Source of the DNA: an uncultured Planctomycetaceae bacterium | GTDB lineage: Bacteria > Planctomycetota > Planctomycetia > Isosphaerales > Isosphaeraceae | DNA length: 64,000 nt | Direction: 5' to 3' | NCBI GenBank assembly: GCA_963833985.1 | Contig: CAWIAD010000001.1 | Location: 2,528,001-2,592,000, forward strand | Shown here: positions 1-8,813 of the stretch, one piece after another | How the letters are laid out: every line of letters begins with the position of its first letter | Numbering within the stretch: position 1 is the stretch's first letter | Translations under genes and position numbers: made by a program | The notes under the pieces: model-generated | What the model was told of the DNA's origin: nothing | The model's input: only the letters and a program-made list of their open reading frames with translations | Database searches by the model: none

Positions 1-121
1 CTCGCTGGCCACGGCCGCCCCCGCCACGGCCGCCGGCGGGAGGTTGTGCCTGCGAGTTTATCGCCACGGCCGCCAGCGCGATGACCAGCGCCGTGATCAG
101 AGTGGTACGGATTCGAAACAT
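1..121 (-). CDS. secreted protein, N-terminal part (runs off the window)
   Basis: Own translation: GGAG then ATG at 121 gives MFRIRTTLITALVIALAAVAINSQAQPPAGGRGGGGRGQR, a signal peptide followed by a Gly/Arg-rich linker. Confidence 0.7.
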   Translation of the reverse strand, partial: MFRIRTTLITALVIALAAVAINSQAQPPAGGRGGGGRGQR

Positions 122-408
122 GGACGGTGCTCCTCGATGCCGGAGCCATGAGCCGCACGCCCTCGGTGGTCAAGGCGCACTGGCCTGGCCTGTGACCTAT
201 CATCTATCATCTTAGCGGTTTCCCCGCGACAAATGGCCACAAGAAGTTCCGGAATCTTCGCAATTCCCGGGTGCCGGTTCATGAGCAGGGTTTTCCCGCC
301 TCCTGGTGGTTGCGCCCGCCTGCGGCGGAGCCGCGGCCAGGTGCGAAACGATGTGAAATGCGGGTCAGGCGCCTGGCACTCCATGCGAAATGGTTCGATT
401 GCAAGAGC

Positions 409-1177
409 TCACCGCGCCGTCCAGAGCCAGACGGCCAGTCCCAGCATGGACGCCAGCGTGCCCAGCCGCATCACGTAGCGGTAGAGGGTGTAACGCCGCC
501 CCAGCGCCAGCGGCCCGACGTCGCCGCCCTCCACCGCCAGGGAAGCAGACCCGGCGGCACGCTCCAGGTTGGCCAGCGTGCTCATACCGACCAGATGCAC
601 CAGCCAGAGCACCAGGAAGCCAACGCCCTGGTCGAGCCAGGCGCGCCAGGGAACCGGCGGCAGGCCCGGCTTCCACCAGGCGGGGGTGTAGAGCGGCGAC
701 TCGCTCTGGTACACCAGCAGCCGCGCCGTGCTGGTAGCCACGCTTGCACCGTCGCTGACACGCAGCCCAAGCTCCAGCGGCTGTGCCGTGCCGCGCCGGA
801 GTTCCGTGCAGCAAGCCGGCCGCAGCATCGAAGTTCAGCCCTTCGGGCAGCGTTCCTTCCAGGCTCCAGTGTAGCGCGCCCCGGCCGCCGACGGCCGCCA
901 GGGCCACCGCGTAGGGCCGTCCGGCAATCGCCTCCGGCAGCTTTCCGGGCGTGGTGATCGAGAGCGGAACCGGCGCGGCGTCCGCGGCGTCGCTCGCGCG
1001 CTCGCCCGGCGGTGACAGATCGACCGCCTTGGGCAAGAGGGCCATGATCACCATCGTCAAGAGCAGGATGAACAGGAGAGCGCCGGTGAGCTTCGTCACC
1101 ACCACGGCAACGAAAGAGTCCTCGCCGGAGCCCCCAAATTCCAGGCCCGATCCTCCACCCCTGCGGTTGCGGCGCAT
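409..1177 (-). CDS. membrane protein: ExbD/MotB-like N-terminal TM, putative Ig (He_PIG-like) domain, two C-terminal TMs; one frameshift near 797
   Basis: ORF 365..1177 has TM SFVAVVVTKLTGALLFILLLTMVIMALL and Ig-like LSITT..LPEA..GRPY..WSLEGTLPEGLNFD..GLLHGTP. The domain continues in the frame of ORF 409..828 (RGTAQPLELGLRVSDG..) with two hydrophobic segments. Confidence 0.7.
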
Positions 1178-1238
1178 CCTACGGCCCTCGCCAACAGAAC
1201 CTCGTATTTCCCGGACTGAAATGCCCGGCGTCCGTCAG

Positions 1239-2618
1239 TCACGCCGCCCGCACCGCTTCGGACCGCGCCGCGGCGCTGCCCGTCCGCTCGTCGAACATCT
1301 TCTTGACGATGTTGCGGTAGAGCGAGTTGCCCTGCTCGATGCTCACGTTGATGAGCTCCAGGGCGTCCTTGAGGTTGCTCATCGTGCTGGCGAGCTGTTC
1401 CTGTGTGGTGCGGCTCGACTTTTCGTACGCCGACGACCACGAGTCGGACAGGCTCTCGATGGCCCGCGTGGCCCGGTCGAGCCCGCGCTGGATCTCCTCG
1501 AGCTGCGGGTCGGTATCCGCCGGTCTGGCGAGGGCCCGTTCGATCCGCGAGAGGCTCGCGGCGCCCTGTCGCAGCGACTCCCCGGCCGACTGGAAGACCT
1601 CCAGCTCGCCCCCGAGTCGGCCAATCGCCTCGGCCCCCTTCTGGAACGCCGCCATCGGCCGCGGAAGCTGCTCGATCGAGCCCGCAAGCTGGGCGATCGG
1701 TCCGTTCAGGCTCTGGCCGATCTTTGCCGCTTCCGTTCGCAGCATCTCGGCCGCCGGCGCCAGGATGGTCGCCAGCTCGGCCCGTAGCTGGGCCATCTGC
1801 GGCGCGATCAGCTCGTCGAGCCGGTCCGCGAACGGATCTCGTGTGCTCACACCGGGGAGCACGTGCTCGACAACCCAGCCGTCGACCCGAGCGAGCAGTG
1901 CCTCGGACTTGCGGAATACCAGGGTCTGAACCAGCATCAGCGCTGCGCTCAGGAAGAGGGCCAGCAGCGTGCTATCGAAGGCGATCTGGAGGGCCGAGGT
2001 CACTCCCGTCAGGTTGTTCAGGAACGCGTCCAGGTCCTTCACCAGCGGCAGCACCCGGCTGATGTTCATGAGCGCCTTGGAGATGCCTTCCACCGTGCCG
2101 ATGAACCCGATCACCGGCAGCAGGTAAAGGATGTAGCGCGTGAGTGTGAACCGGCCGGCCATGTGCTCCTGGTCAAGGCCCGACGCCTCGCGGTTGATCT
2201 CCATGAGCTGCGAGGCCGAGGGCGTGTGCATCTCCCGGAGATTGCCCACGAGCTGGCGAACGCGCACTTGCAAGACCCGGGAATCGCCCGCCAGTACAGG
2301 GCCATTGGCCGGTACGTCCGGGCTGGCCGGCGCTTGCCCCGCGGCATGCCCGCGGCGCATCATGGCGCCGATGTACTGCAACAGCCGTGGCGCCTCGTCG
2401 AAGGCCTTCTCGTTGCGCCAGAGTCCCCAGAGCTCGCGGCCCAGGGTCACGACGGCCCAGAAGTAGATTGCCGTGCCGACGTACTGCTCCCAGCCGCGCT
2501 GGAACATGAGGGTCGGGTTGAAGACCATCAGCCCGATCGGGAAGAGCAAGGCCAGAACCAGCATGAACAGCGCGGCCAGGTAGCCGAGCCGTGGAGAATC
2601 GTTTCTGCTGCGTGCCAT
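1239..2618 (-). CDS. MotA/TolQ/ExbB proton channel family protein with long C-terminal helical tail
   Basis: Motifs LLPVIGFIGTVEGISKAL and ALQIAFDSTLLALFLS, two N-terminal TMs, about 200 aa heptad-rich C-terminus. Confidence 0.85.
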   Translation of the reverse strand: MARSRNDSPRLGYLAALFMLVLALLFPIGLMVFNPTLMFQRGWEQYVGTAIYFWAVVTLGRELWGLWRNEKAFDEAPRLLQYIGAMMRRGHAAGQAPASPDVPANGPVLAGDSRVLQVRVRQLVGNLREMHTPSASQLMEINREASGLDQEHMAGRFTLTRYILYLLPVIGFIGTVEGISKALMNISRVLPLVKDLDAFLNNLTGVTSALQIAFDSTLLALFLSAALMLVQTLVFRKSEALLARVDGWVVEHVLPGVSTRDPFADRLDELIAPQMAQLRAELATILAPAAEMLRTEAAKIGQSLNGPIAQLAGSIEQLPRPMAAFQKGAEAIGRLGGELEVFQSAGESLRQGAASLSRIERALARPADTDPQLEEIQRGLDRATRAIESLSDSWSSAYEKSSRTTQEQLASTMSNLKDALELINVSIEQGNSLYRNIVKKMFDERTGSAAARSEAVRAA

Positions 2619-2813
2619 CCTGGAATCCTTCCTGGAATCGGGCCAAGCCGGTGGAAGCGCCTCGTCCTGCGCAGCTCATGTGCGAACCGGCCTGGCGGCA
2701 TAACCCTCAAAACCCGTATCAACTCGCTCATCGGCGGAACTGCGCCCGGGTCTTGAATCTTTTCCGGCGGAATTCCCGGACACCTTCGCCCGACAGGCAC
2801 CAGGCCCCGGGGC

Positions 2814-5198
2814 TTACCTTGAAGCGGCCGCGCCGGCCGCGGCCTGCGCCGGCTTGCGGCCGCCGGTCCCGGGATCCTGACGCAGCACCAGGACACGATC
2901 GTGCGCGATCAGCACGAGATCCTCGCGGCCATCGCCGTCCACGTCGCCGATGGCCTGGTCGCGCGGCTCGATCATGTCGCCGACGCCGTGGAACAGCTTC
3001 CGCTCAAAGATCTTGAAGCTGATGGCGTGCAGCAGGTCCAGGTCGCCCGCGTAGCTGGCGATCTCGAGCATCTGCTCGGCCACGTCCATGAACACGACGT
3101 CCGCGGCGCCATCGGCGTTCAGGTCACCGGCGATCAGGTCCGCGAAGCGTGCCTCGTTGCGTTTCGATTCGTAGCTTGCGATGGTCTTCAGCCGCTGTCC
3201 CTTGCGGCCGGTCTGAAGCACGCCGAAGCGGTCGGAACCGGCGATCAGCAGGTCGTCGCGGCCGTCGCCATCGAAATCGGCGACATGCAGGCCCTCGAAG
3301 TTGATCGCCCCGACCGCCAGGGTCCCCGCCGGACGGTACACCCCTTCCTTCTGCGTCAGGAACAGCAGCGACCGGCTGTTTCGCTCCATCAGGACGATTT
3401 CTTTCTTACCATCGCCGTCAGCATCGATCGCCGCGGCGCCCTGGATGATGGCCGAGTTGCGACCCGAATTGAACTGCGACTTGATCTGCCACTGGTCACC
3501 GGAATCGAGCACGATCTGCCTTGCGAAGGTGTTCTGAGCCACGATCAGCGCTGGCCCTCCCAGATCGGCGAGGCTCAGGCTGGCGGGCGTGGCGGCGGCC
3601 ATGGGACCCAGGCTGCCGGTGAAGGGCCGCGGAGGCCCGTCCTTGCGGCCGATCAGCAAGATCGGCGTGCCATAGCCGGTGAAGACCATGAAGTCGGTCA
3701 CCTTGTCGTGATTGACGTCGATTGCCTTCAGTCCGGAGGGCGGATCGTTCAAACCGGGAATCTTCAGCTCAGCCTTCGGCAGCGGGTGGAACGCTCCCGT
3801 GGCGTTGCGCTGGAGGGCAAGCAGGGTGTAGGCATCGGGGCTGCCGGGCGACTTCACCCGCGCGATGTAGACCACGTCCGTCAACCCGTCGCCGTCGAGG
3901 TCGCCCAGGTCCATGGCGACCGGCTCGCCGGCGGCCGGCAATGAGGCCGGGAAGGTGACGCGGCCGCCTTCCATCACGCTGCGGCCGATCTGCTTTTCCT
4001 GCTGCGACAGCACATAGATCTCCTCGCGGCCGTCGCGGTCGAGGTCGGCCAGGCGGACCGTCGTACCACCGAGCAGGCCAGGGAACGACTGCCCCGCGCT
4101 CAGGCCGGAGCGGCCGCTCTGGCGGTACACCCAGACCTGGGCACTGGCCGGATCGGAGACCACCACGTCGGCCCGCCTGTCGCCGTCCAGGTCGCCAATC
4201 GCCAGCGTCCGTCCGCGGTCGCTGCCCTGAGCAAGGCCGAAGAAGATCATGCGGCCCCACCGGTTCTGCTCGTCGGCCGCCGACTCATCGAGAGTCAGCA
4301 CCTTGCCCCGGCCGGACTGGTTCTCGATGGTGAGGATCTCCTCGCCGCCAACACCGTCGATCTGGCCGAAGGCGATGGCCCGGGGCGCCTCCACCTGGAA
4401 CCGCTGCTCCGGACCCAGTTTCTTCTCCTTGGTGGCGAACCGTACGTGGATCGGATGGTCTGTACCCCCGTCAAGCAGCACCAGGTCCAGCGCGCCGTTG
4501 CCGTCCAGGTCCATGAGCCGGAGCAGCCGTGGATTGCTTGCGGTGTGCGGCACGCGCTCCGGCTCGGACAGCACGCCGGTTGCCGTCTGGTACACGAACA
4601 CCAGGTCATTCTCCGCCAGCAGGGCGATGTCGTCGCGGCCGTCCTGGTTCAGGTCGCCGACAGCCAGGGCGTTGGGCGTCTCGACGCCATCCCCGGTATT
4701 GACCTTCTTGCCGTGGCCGAACCGGCCAGCTCCCTCGTTGAAAAGGATCTCCACCTCGGCCGGCGTTCCGTAGTAGACCAGGTCCGTCTTGCCGTCGCCG
4801 TTGAAGTCGCCGCTGGCAAGGCTGACGACCTCTTTATTGACCGGGATGCTCTTCAGCCGCATCCGCTTGTCGAACTCCAGGTCGTTGGTCTCCTTGCGGA
4901 ACGGCAGTGCCTCGGCCTCGCCGGCCGGCCGCTTCGAGCTCAGCAGCAGATCGATGCGTGAGCGGGCATTGTTTCCTACGATGATGTCGCCCGTCTTGTC
5001 ACCGTCCACGTCGCGGATCAGCAGGTTGCCGATCCGCCTCTCCATCTTGTAGATCTCGAGCGGCTGGAACCCGAAGTAGTCAGCCAGCCTGGGAGCATCC
5101 GCGGGCGGCTGGGCGAGAACGCATGCGGATCCGACGAGGACGACCATGTTTCCCGTCAGGAAGACAGCCCAGAGCCAGCGGGTTCCCGGTCCAGTCAT
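2814..5198 (-). CDS. secreted FG-GAP/VCBS repeat protein
   Basis: Many DxDGDGxxD repeats (GDFNGDGKTD, GDLNQDGRDD, GDLDGDRRAD, ADFDGDGRDD) and an N-terminal hydrophobic signal; start uncertain. Confidence 0.9.
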   Translation of the reverse strand: MTGPGTRWLWAVFLTGNMVVLVGSACVLAQPPADAPRLADYFGFQPLEIYKMERRIGNLLIRDVDGDKTGDIIVGNNARSRIDLLLSSKRPAGEAEALPFRKETNDLEFDKRMRLKSIPVNKEVVSLASGDFNGDGKTDLVYYGTPAEVEILFNEGAGRFGHGKKVNTGDGVETPNALAVGDLNQDGRDDIALLAENDLVFVYQTATGVLSEPERVPHTASNPRLLRLMDLDGNGALDLVLLDGGTDHPIHVRFATKEKKLGPEQRFQVEAPRAIAFGQIDGVGGEEILTIENQSGRGKVLTLDESAADEQNRWGRMIFFGLAQGSDRGRTLAIGDLDGDRRADVVVSDPASAQVWVYRQSGRSGLSAGQSFPGLLGGTTVRLADLDRDGREEIYVLSQQEKQIGRSVMEGGRVTFPASLPAAGEPVAMDLGDLDGDGLTDVVYIARVKSPGSPDAYTLLALQRNATGAFHPLPKAELKIPGLNDPPSGLKAIDVNHDKVTDFMVFTGYGTPILLIGRKDGPPRPFTGSLGPMAAATPASLSLADLGGPALIVAQNTFARQIVLDSGDQWQIKSQFNSGRNSAIIQGAAAIDADGDGKKEIVLMERNSRSLLFLTQKEGVYRPAGTLAVGAINFEGLHVADFDGDGRDDLLIAGSDRFGVLQTGRKGQRLKTIASYESKRNEARFADLIAGDLNADGAADVVFMDVAEQMLEIASYAGDLDLLHAISFKIFERKLFHGVGDMIEPRDQAIGDVDGDGREDLVLIAHDRVLVLRQDPGTGGRKPAQAAAGAAASR

Positions 5199-5277
5199 CG
5201 CGTCATTCCTTGTTCGTTCAGAGGGCATAAGGCGGCAGTGTCGTGGTGCGTCCGTCGCTGCGCAGTAAACCGCCAGC

Positions 5278-6648
5278 CTACGACTCGAACGACCGTGGGG
5301 CAAGGCGAAGATGCAAGCGCGATCCGGCGATCCGGCGAGCTGGCAACCAGGTGATGCGGTACGAAGCCGGGACGCCGGGTGTGGAAACCCGCGACAACGC
5401 AGCGGTGTGGCTCAACGCCAGAAACGCCCCGATGCTCGCCGGCCTGCGGTTCGTCAGGCCGGAGCACAGCGTTGGTTGCGGTGCGCCGGGCATTAGCAGT
5501 GCAGCGTCCGCTCTGGCGGCCGGTTCGGCCCGCCCCTCCAGGCGCTCCGGCAAGAAGAAGAAGGCGAGTGCAAGGATGGCGTAGACGGCCAGCAGCATGG
5601 CACCTTCCAGCCAGTTGGATTCACCATCCTCGGCCACCATGCGCGCGACGAGCACGCCCACCACCACGGCCAGCACCTCCAGCGACGTGAACCGCAGGTC
5701 CATCGGCCGGTCGCGCAGATAACTGGTGAATACGAGTACGGGGGCGACGAAGAGCGCAATCTGGAGCGCAGAGCCCAGCGCGATGCCGACGGCCAGGTCC
5801 ATCTGGTTCTTGAGGGCCACCAGGACGGCCGTGGAGTGCTCGGCCGCGTTCCCCACGATGGCGACCAGCACGACGCCAATGAATACCGAATTGAGCCCCA
5901 GTTGATGGCTGGCATGCTCGACGGTGGCGACGAGGACCTCGCTCATCCAGGCCACCAGGAGCGTTGCGACGATGAGGACCCCGGTGGCCGCCCTGGTGCT
6001 CCAGTGCTCCTCTGCTTCGTGGGCGTCGGAGTTTTCGGGGTTGAACAGGTCCTTGTGCGTCACGAGGCTGAACACAAGGTGCGCGACGTACACCATGATA
6101 AGGATGAGACAAACGCCGATGCTCAGCCTGTGCTCCAGGTCGGCGTGGCGGGCGGTGACCTCCGGCAACCCGTGAAAGATGGCGGGGATGAGCATGCCAA
6201 GCGAGGCCAGGACCAGCATCGTCGAGCCGACGCCGGCTGCGGTGCGATTAAAACTCTGGGTGCTGTGCTTCAGGCCGCCGGCCAGCAAGCTCGCCCCGAG
6301 CACAAGGAGTACATTGCCCAGGATGCTCCCGGCCAGCGAGGCCTTGACCACCGCGTCATACCCCTTGAACAGGGCGAAGAGCGCGATGATCAGCTCCGCG
6401 GCGTTGCCGAAAGTCGCGTTCAGCAGGCCGCCAATGCCTGGTCCCAGACGTTCGGCAAGCTGCTCGGTGGCCTCACCCATCAGTCCGGCCAGGGGAATGA
6501 TCGCCAGGGCGGAGACTCCGAAGAGCCAGATCGACCGGGCACCCATCATGCGCAAAAGAACTGTGGCCGGCACTGCCAGCAACAACAAACGCATCCATCC
6601 ACCAGTTCGTGGGTCAAAGCAGGATCTTATTGCAACCCAATCATTCAT
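5278..6648 (-). CDS. cax: calcium/proton exchanger (CaCA family)
   Basis: Motifs GLLNATFGNAAELI, GSILGNVLLVLG, GNAAEH, GSALQIALFVAP, DGESNWLEG. The roughly 70 aa tail after the last TM may be an artefact; start uncertain. Confidence 0.92.
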   Translation of the reverse strand: MNDWVAIRSCFDPRTGGWMRLLLLAVPATVLLRMMGARSIWLFGVSALAIIPLAGLMGEATEQLAERLGPGIGGLLNATFGNAAELIIALFALFKGYDAVVKASLAGSILGNVLLVLGASLLAGGLKHSTQSFNRTAAGVGSTMLVLASLGMLIPAIFHGLPEVTARHADLEHRLSIGVCLILIMVYVAHLVFSLVTHKDLFNPENSDAHEAEEHWSTRAATGVLIVATLLVAWMSEVLVATVEHASHQLGLNSVFIGVVLVAIVGNAAEHSTAVLVALKNQMDLAVGIALGSALQIALFVAPVLVFTSYLRDRPMDLRFTSLEVLAVVVGVLVARMVAEDGESNWLEGAMLLAVYAILALAFFFLPERLEGRAEPAARADAALLMPGAPQPTLCSGLTNRRPASIGAFLALSHTAALSRVSTPGVPASYRITWLPARRIAGSRLHLRLAPRSFES

Positions 6649-6679
6649 GTGTGCTTCAAAGCCGTGCTCGTGCTGTACG

Positions 6680-6707
6680 TTGACTCCCTTATCCGGCACC
6701 TTATAAT
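6680..6707 (+). promoter_or_regulatory. sigma70-type promoter upstream of trxA
   Basis: TTGACT-N16-TATAAT. Confidence 0.55.
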
Positions 6708-6912
6708 GCCTCCATCAATCAGGACCCAGGTCACCGCCCGGGCCTTGTGTTGCTTGAAGATCCCTGTTGACGGTGAATCACGGAAGGGCGAAAGAGGATT
6801 CGGTCCCGGTCGGATCGCGGCCGGGCCGGGTGCTTCGCCTGACCTATGGTTGTGTTTCCGGTTTTACCGGTGTGTCCCCCGCGTCGTTTCGTAGATTGAC
6901 GAGGCATGAATC

Positions 6913-7245
6913 ATGGCCGGCAGCGTGAAGGAGTTTACCGACGCCAACTGGAAGTCGGAAGTCCTCGATTCGGCGGTACCCGTGGTGGTCGATTTCTGGG
7001 CGCCTTGGTGCGGTCCTTGCCGCACGCTGGCACCCACCATCGAAAAACTGGCCGGTGAATTCGATGGTCGGGTCAAGGTGGGTAAGATGAACACGGACGA
7101 AAACCAGGAAACCCCGGGCGACCTGCGGATTTCAGCGATTCCCACCGTACTGGTGTTCCAGGAAGGCAAGGAAGTGGAGCGGCTGGTTGGCGTGAATCCG
7201 GAGACCAAGTTCAAAGCCGCACTTGCCAAGCTTGGGGTGGCGTGA
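6913..7245 (+). CDS. trxA: thioredoxin
   Basis: VDFWAPWCGPC and SAIPT motifs; GAGG RBS; 110 aa. Confidence 0.97.
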   Translation: MAGSVKEFTDANWKSEVLDSAVPVVVDFWAPWCGPCRTLAPTIEKLAGEFDGRVKVGKMNTDENQETPGDLRISAIPTVLVFQEGKEVERLVGVNPETKFKAALAKLGVA

Positions 7246-7284
7246 AACCGCCGCGCGGCATGGGTATCGCTCCTGGATAATGAC

Positions 7285-7977
7285 CTGGATGTTTTTGATC
7301 CAGCTGGAGTCCGGGTCAAGGTATGCGGCTTGACCCGGGTCGACGAGGCCATCGCCTGCGTGGAGGCAGGTGCTGACCTCATCGGCATCAATTTTCATGC
7401 CGCGTCGCCCCGGTTCGTGGACGTCCCGGCGGCTCGGGCCATCGTCTCCGGCCTTGCCGACCCCGGCCGGGCAGTCGGCGTGTTCGTGGACCGCCCGGCT
7501 GGCGAGGTAGCGGCTCTGGCGGAAGCGGTCGGCCTACGACGGATTCAGCTCCACGGCAACGAACCGGTCGATGACCTGCGCGTTCTCACCCGGTTCTGGA
7601 TCATCCGCGCCTTCCGTCTCGGGACGATCCGGGACGTCGATGCGATGACGGCCTATCTGCGAGAGGCACGGGTGCTGGGCCGTCCGCCGGACGCCGTTCT
7701 GGTGGACGCCCACGTCCCGGGGCAAGCCGGCGGCACGGGAACCCTTGTGGCCGATGACCTTCTGGGCCGGCTGCCAAGTCTCTCCCATCTCATCCTGGCC
7801 GGTGGCCTGAGTCCGGAGAACGTGGCCAGCCGCGTGGCCAGCGTGCAGCCGTGGATGGTGGACGTGGCCAGCGGCGTGGAGTCCACCCCCGGCCGCAAGG
7901 ACGCCATGAAGGTGGCCGCGTTCCTGCGTGCCGCCCGTAACTATCCATCTCGCCAACACTTCGAACCTGGTCGTTGA
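7285..7977 (+). CDS. trpF: phosphoribosylanthranilate isomerase
   Basis: RVKVCGLT (in frame upstream of the listed TTG), IQLHGNE, GGTG, ILAGGLSPENV, VDVASGVES; start codon unclear. Confidence 0.93.
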   Translation: MDVFDPAGVRVKVCGLTRVDEAIACVEAGADLIGINFHAASPRFVDVPAARAIVSGLADPGRAVGVFVDRPAGEVAALAEAVGLRRIQLHGNEPVDDLRVLTRFWIIRAFRLGTIRDVDAMTAYLREARVLGRPPDAVLVDAHVPGQAGGTGTLVADDLLGRLPSLSHLILAGGLSPENVASRVASVQPWMVDVASGVESTPGRKDAMKVAAFLRAARNYPSRQHFEPGR

Positions 7978-8002
7978 GCAGCCTCTGGCGTCGGACAGAT
8001 GG

Positions 8003-8031
8003 TTGACAACCCGCGCCCTCCGGGATAGCTT
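8003..8031 (+). promoter_or_regulatory. sigma70-type promoter of rnc
   Basis: TTGACA-N17-TAGCTT. Confidence 0.55.
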
Positions 8032-8077
8032 GAAGTTTCGCTTCACAAATCCCTCCGTGCGCAGAACAGGTTCGACC

Positions 8078-8803
8078 ATGCCCCCGACGACACGACGGGA
8101 CGAAACCCGACCGCTGGACGAGTGCCAGGACGTGCTCGACTACGCGTTTCGCGATCCCGCCTTGCTGCGCGTGGCGCTCACGCACGCCTCAGGGGCAAAT
8201 CACCGGCTTGCCTCCAACGAACGGCTGGAATTCCTGGGCGATGCCATCCTCGGCGCGGTGGTCTGCGAGTTGCTCTTCCGCAAGTATCCGGACTACCAGG
8301 AAGGCGAGCTGACGCGGATCAAGTCGATCGTGGTGTCGCGCTCCACCTGCGCGAAGATCACCGAAGCCCTGGGCATCGATGCCTTCCTGTACCTGGGTAA
8401 GGGCATGGGCAACCGGGAACAGACGCCTCCCTCCGTGCTGGCCGACGTACTCGAAAGCCTGATCGGCGCCATTTTCCTGGACGGCGGCATGGAGGCGGCG
8501 AGCCGGTTCATCACGGCGCACCTTGAGCCGGAGATCGACGCGGCCGTCGACGGACAGGGGGGGCTGAACTACAAGAGCAACCTGCAACAGATGGCCCAGC
8601 GCCAGTTCGGGGAGACTCCCACCTACCTGCTACTGGACGAAAAGGGGCCGGACCACTCAAAATGCTTCAAGATCTCGGCGCTGATCGGCCGCCAGCGTCA
8701 TGCCCCCGCCTGGGGCCGAAACAAGAAAGAGGCCGAACAACGCGCCGCGCTGAACGCGTTGTGCCAGCTCTCGGGCGAGCCCATCCCGTACGAATCGGAC
8801 TGA
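8078..8803 (+). CDS. rnc: ribonuclease III
   Basis: NERLEFLGDAILG, ADVLESLIGAIFLDGG, dsRBD NYKSNLQQ..GRNKKEAEQRAA. Confidence 0.97.
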   Translation: MPPTTRRDETRPLDECQDVLDYAFRDPALLRVALTHASGANHRLASNERLEFLGDAILGAVVCELLFRKYPDYQEGELTRIKSIVVSRSTCAKITEALGIDAFLYLGKGMGNREQTPPSVLADVLESLIGAIFLDGGMEAASRFITAHLEPEIDAAVDGQGGLNYKSNLQQMAQRQFGETPTYLLLDEKGPDHSKCFKISALIGRQRHAPAWGRNKKEAEQRAALNALCQLSGEPIPYESD

Positions 8804-8813
8804 CGAGGTTACC

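Noticed and set aside
409..2618. Canonical Zorya defence system or flagellar MotAB
   Set aside because: The partner lacks an OmpA-like peptidoglycan-binding domain, and no ZorC/D/E or flagellar genes are visible. Kept only as an analogy.
5278..5490. Novel C-terminal domain on the Ca2+/H+ exchanger
   Set aside because: The tail looks like translated intergenic sequence and may come from an indel near the true stop.
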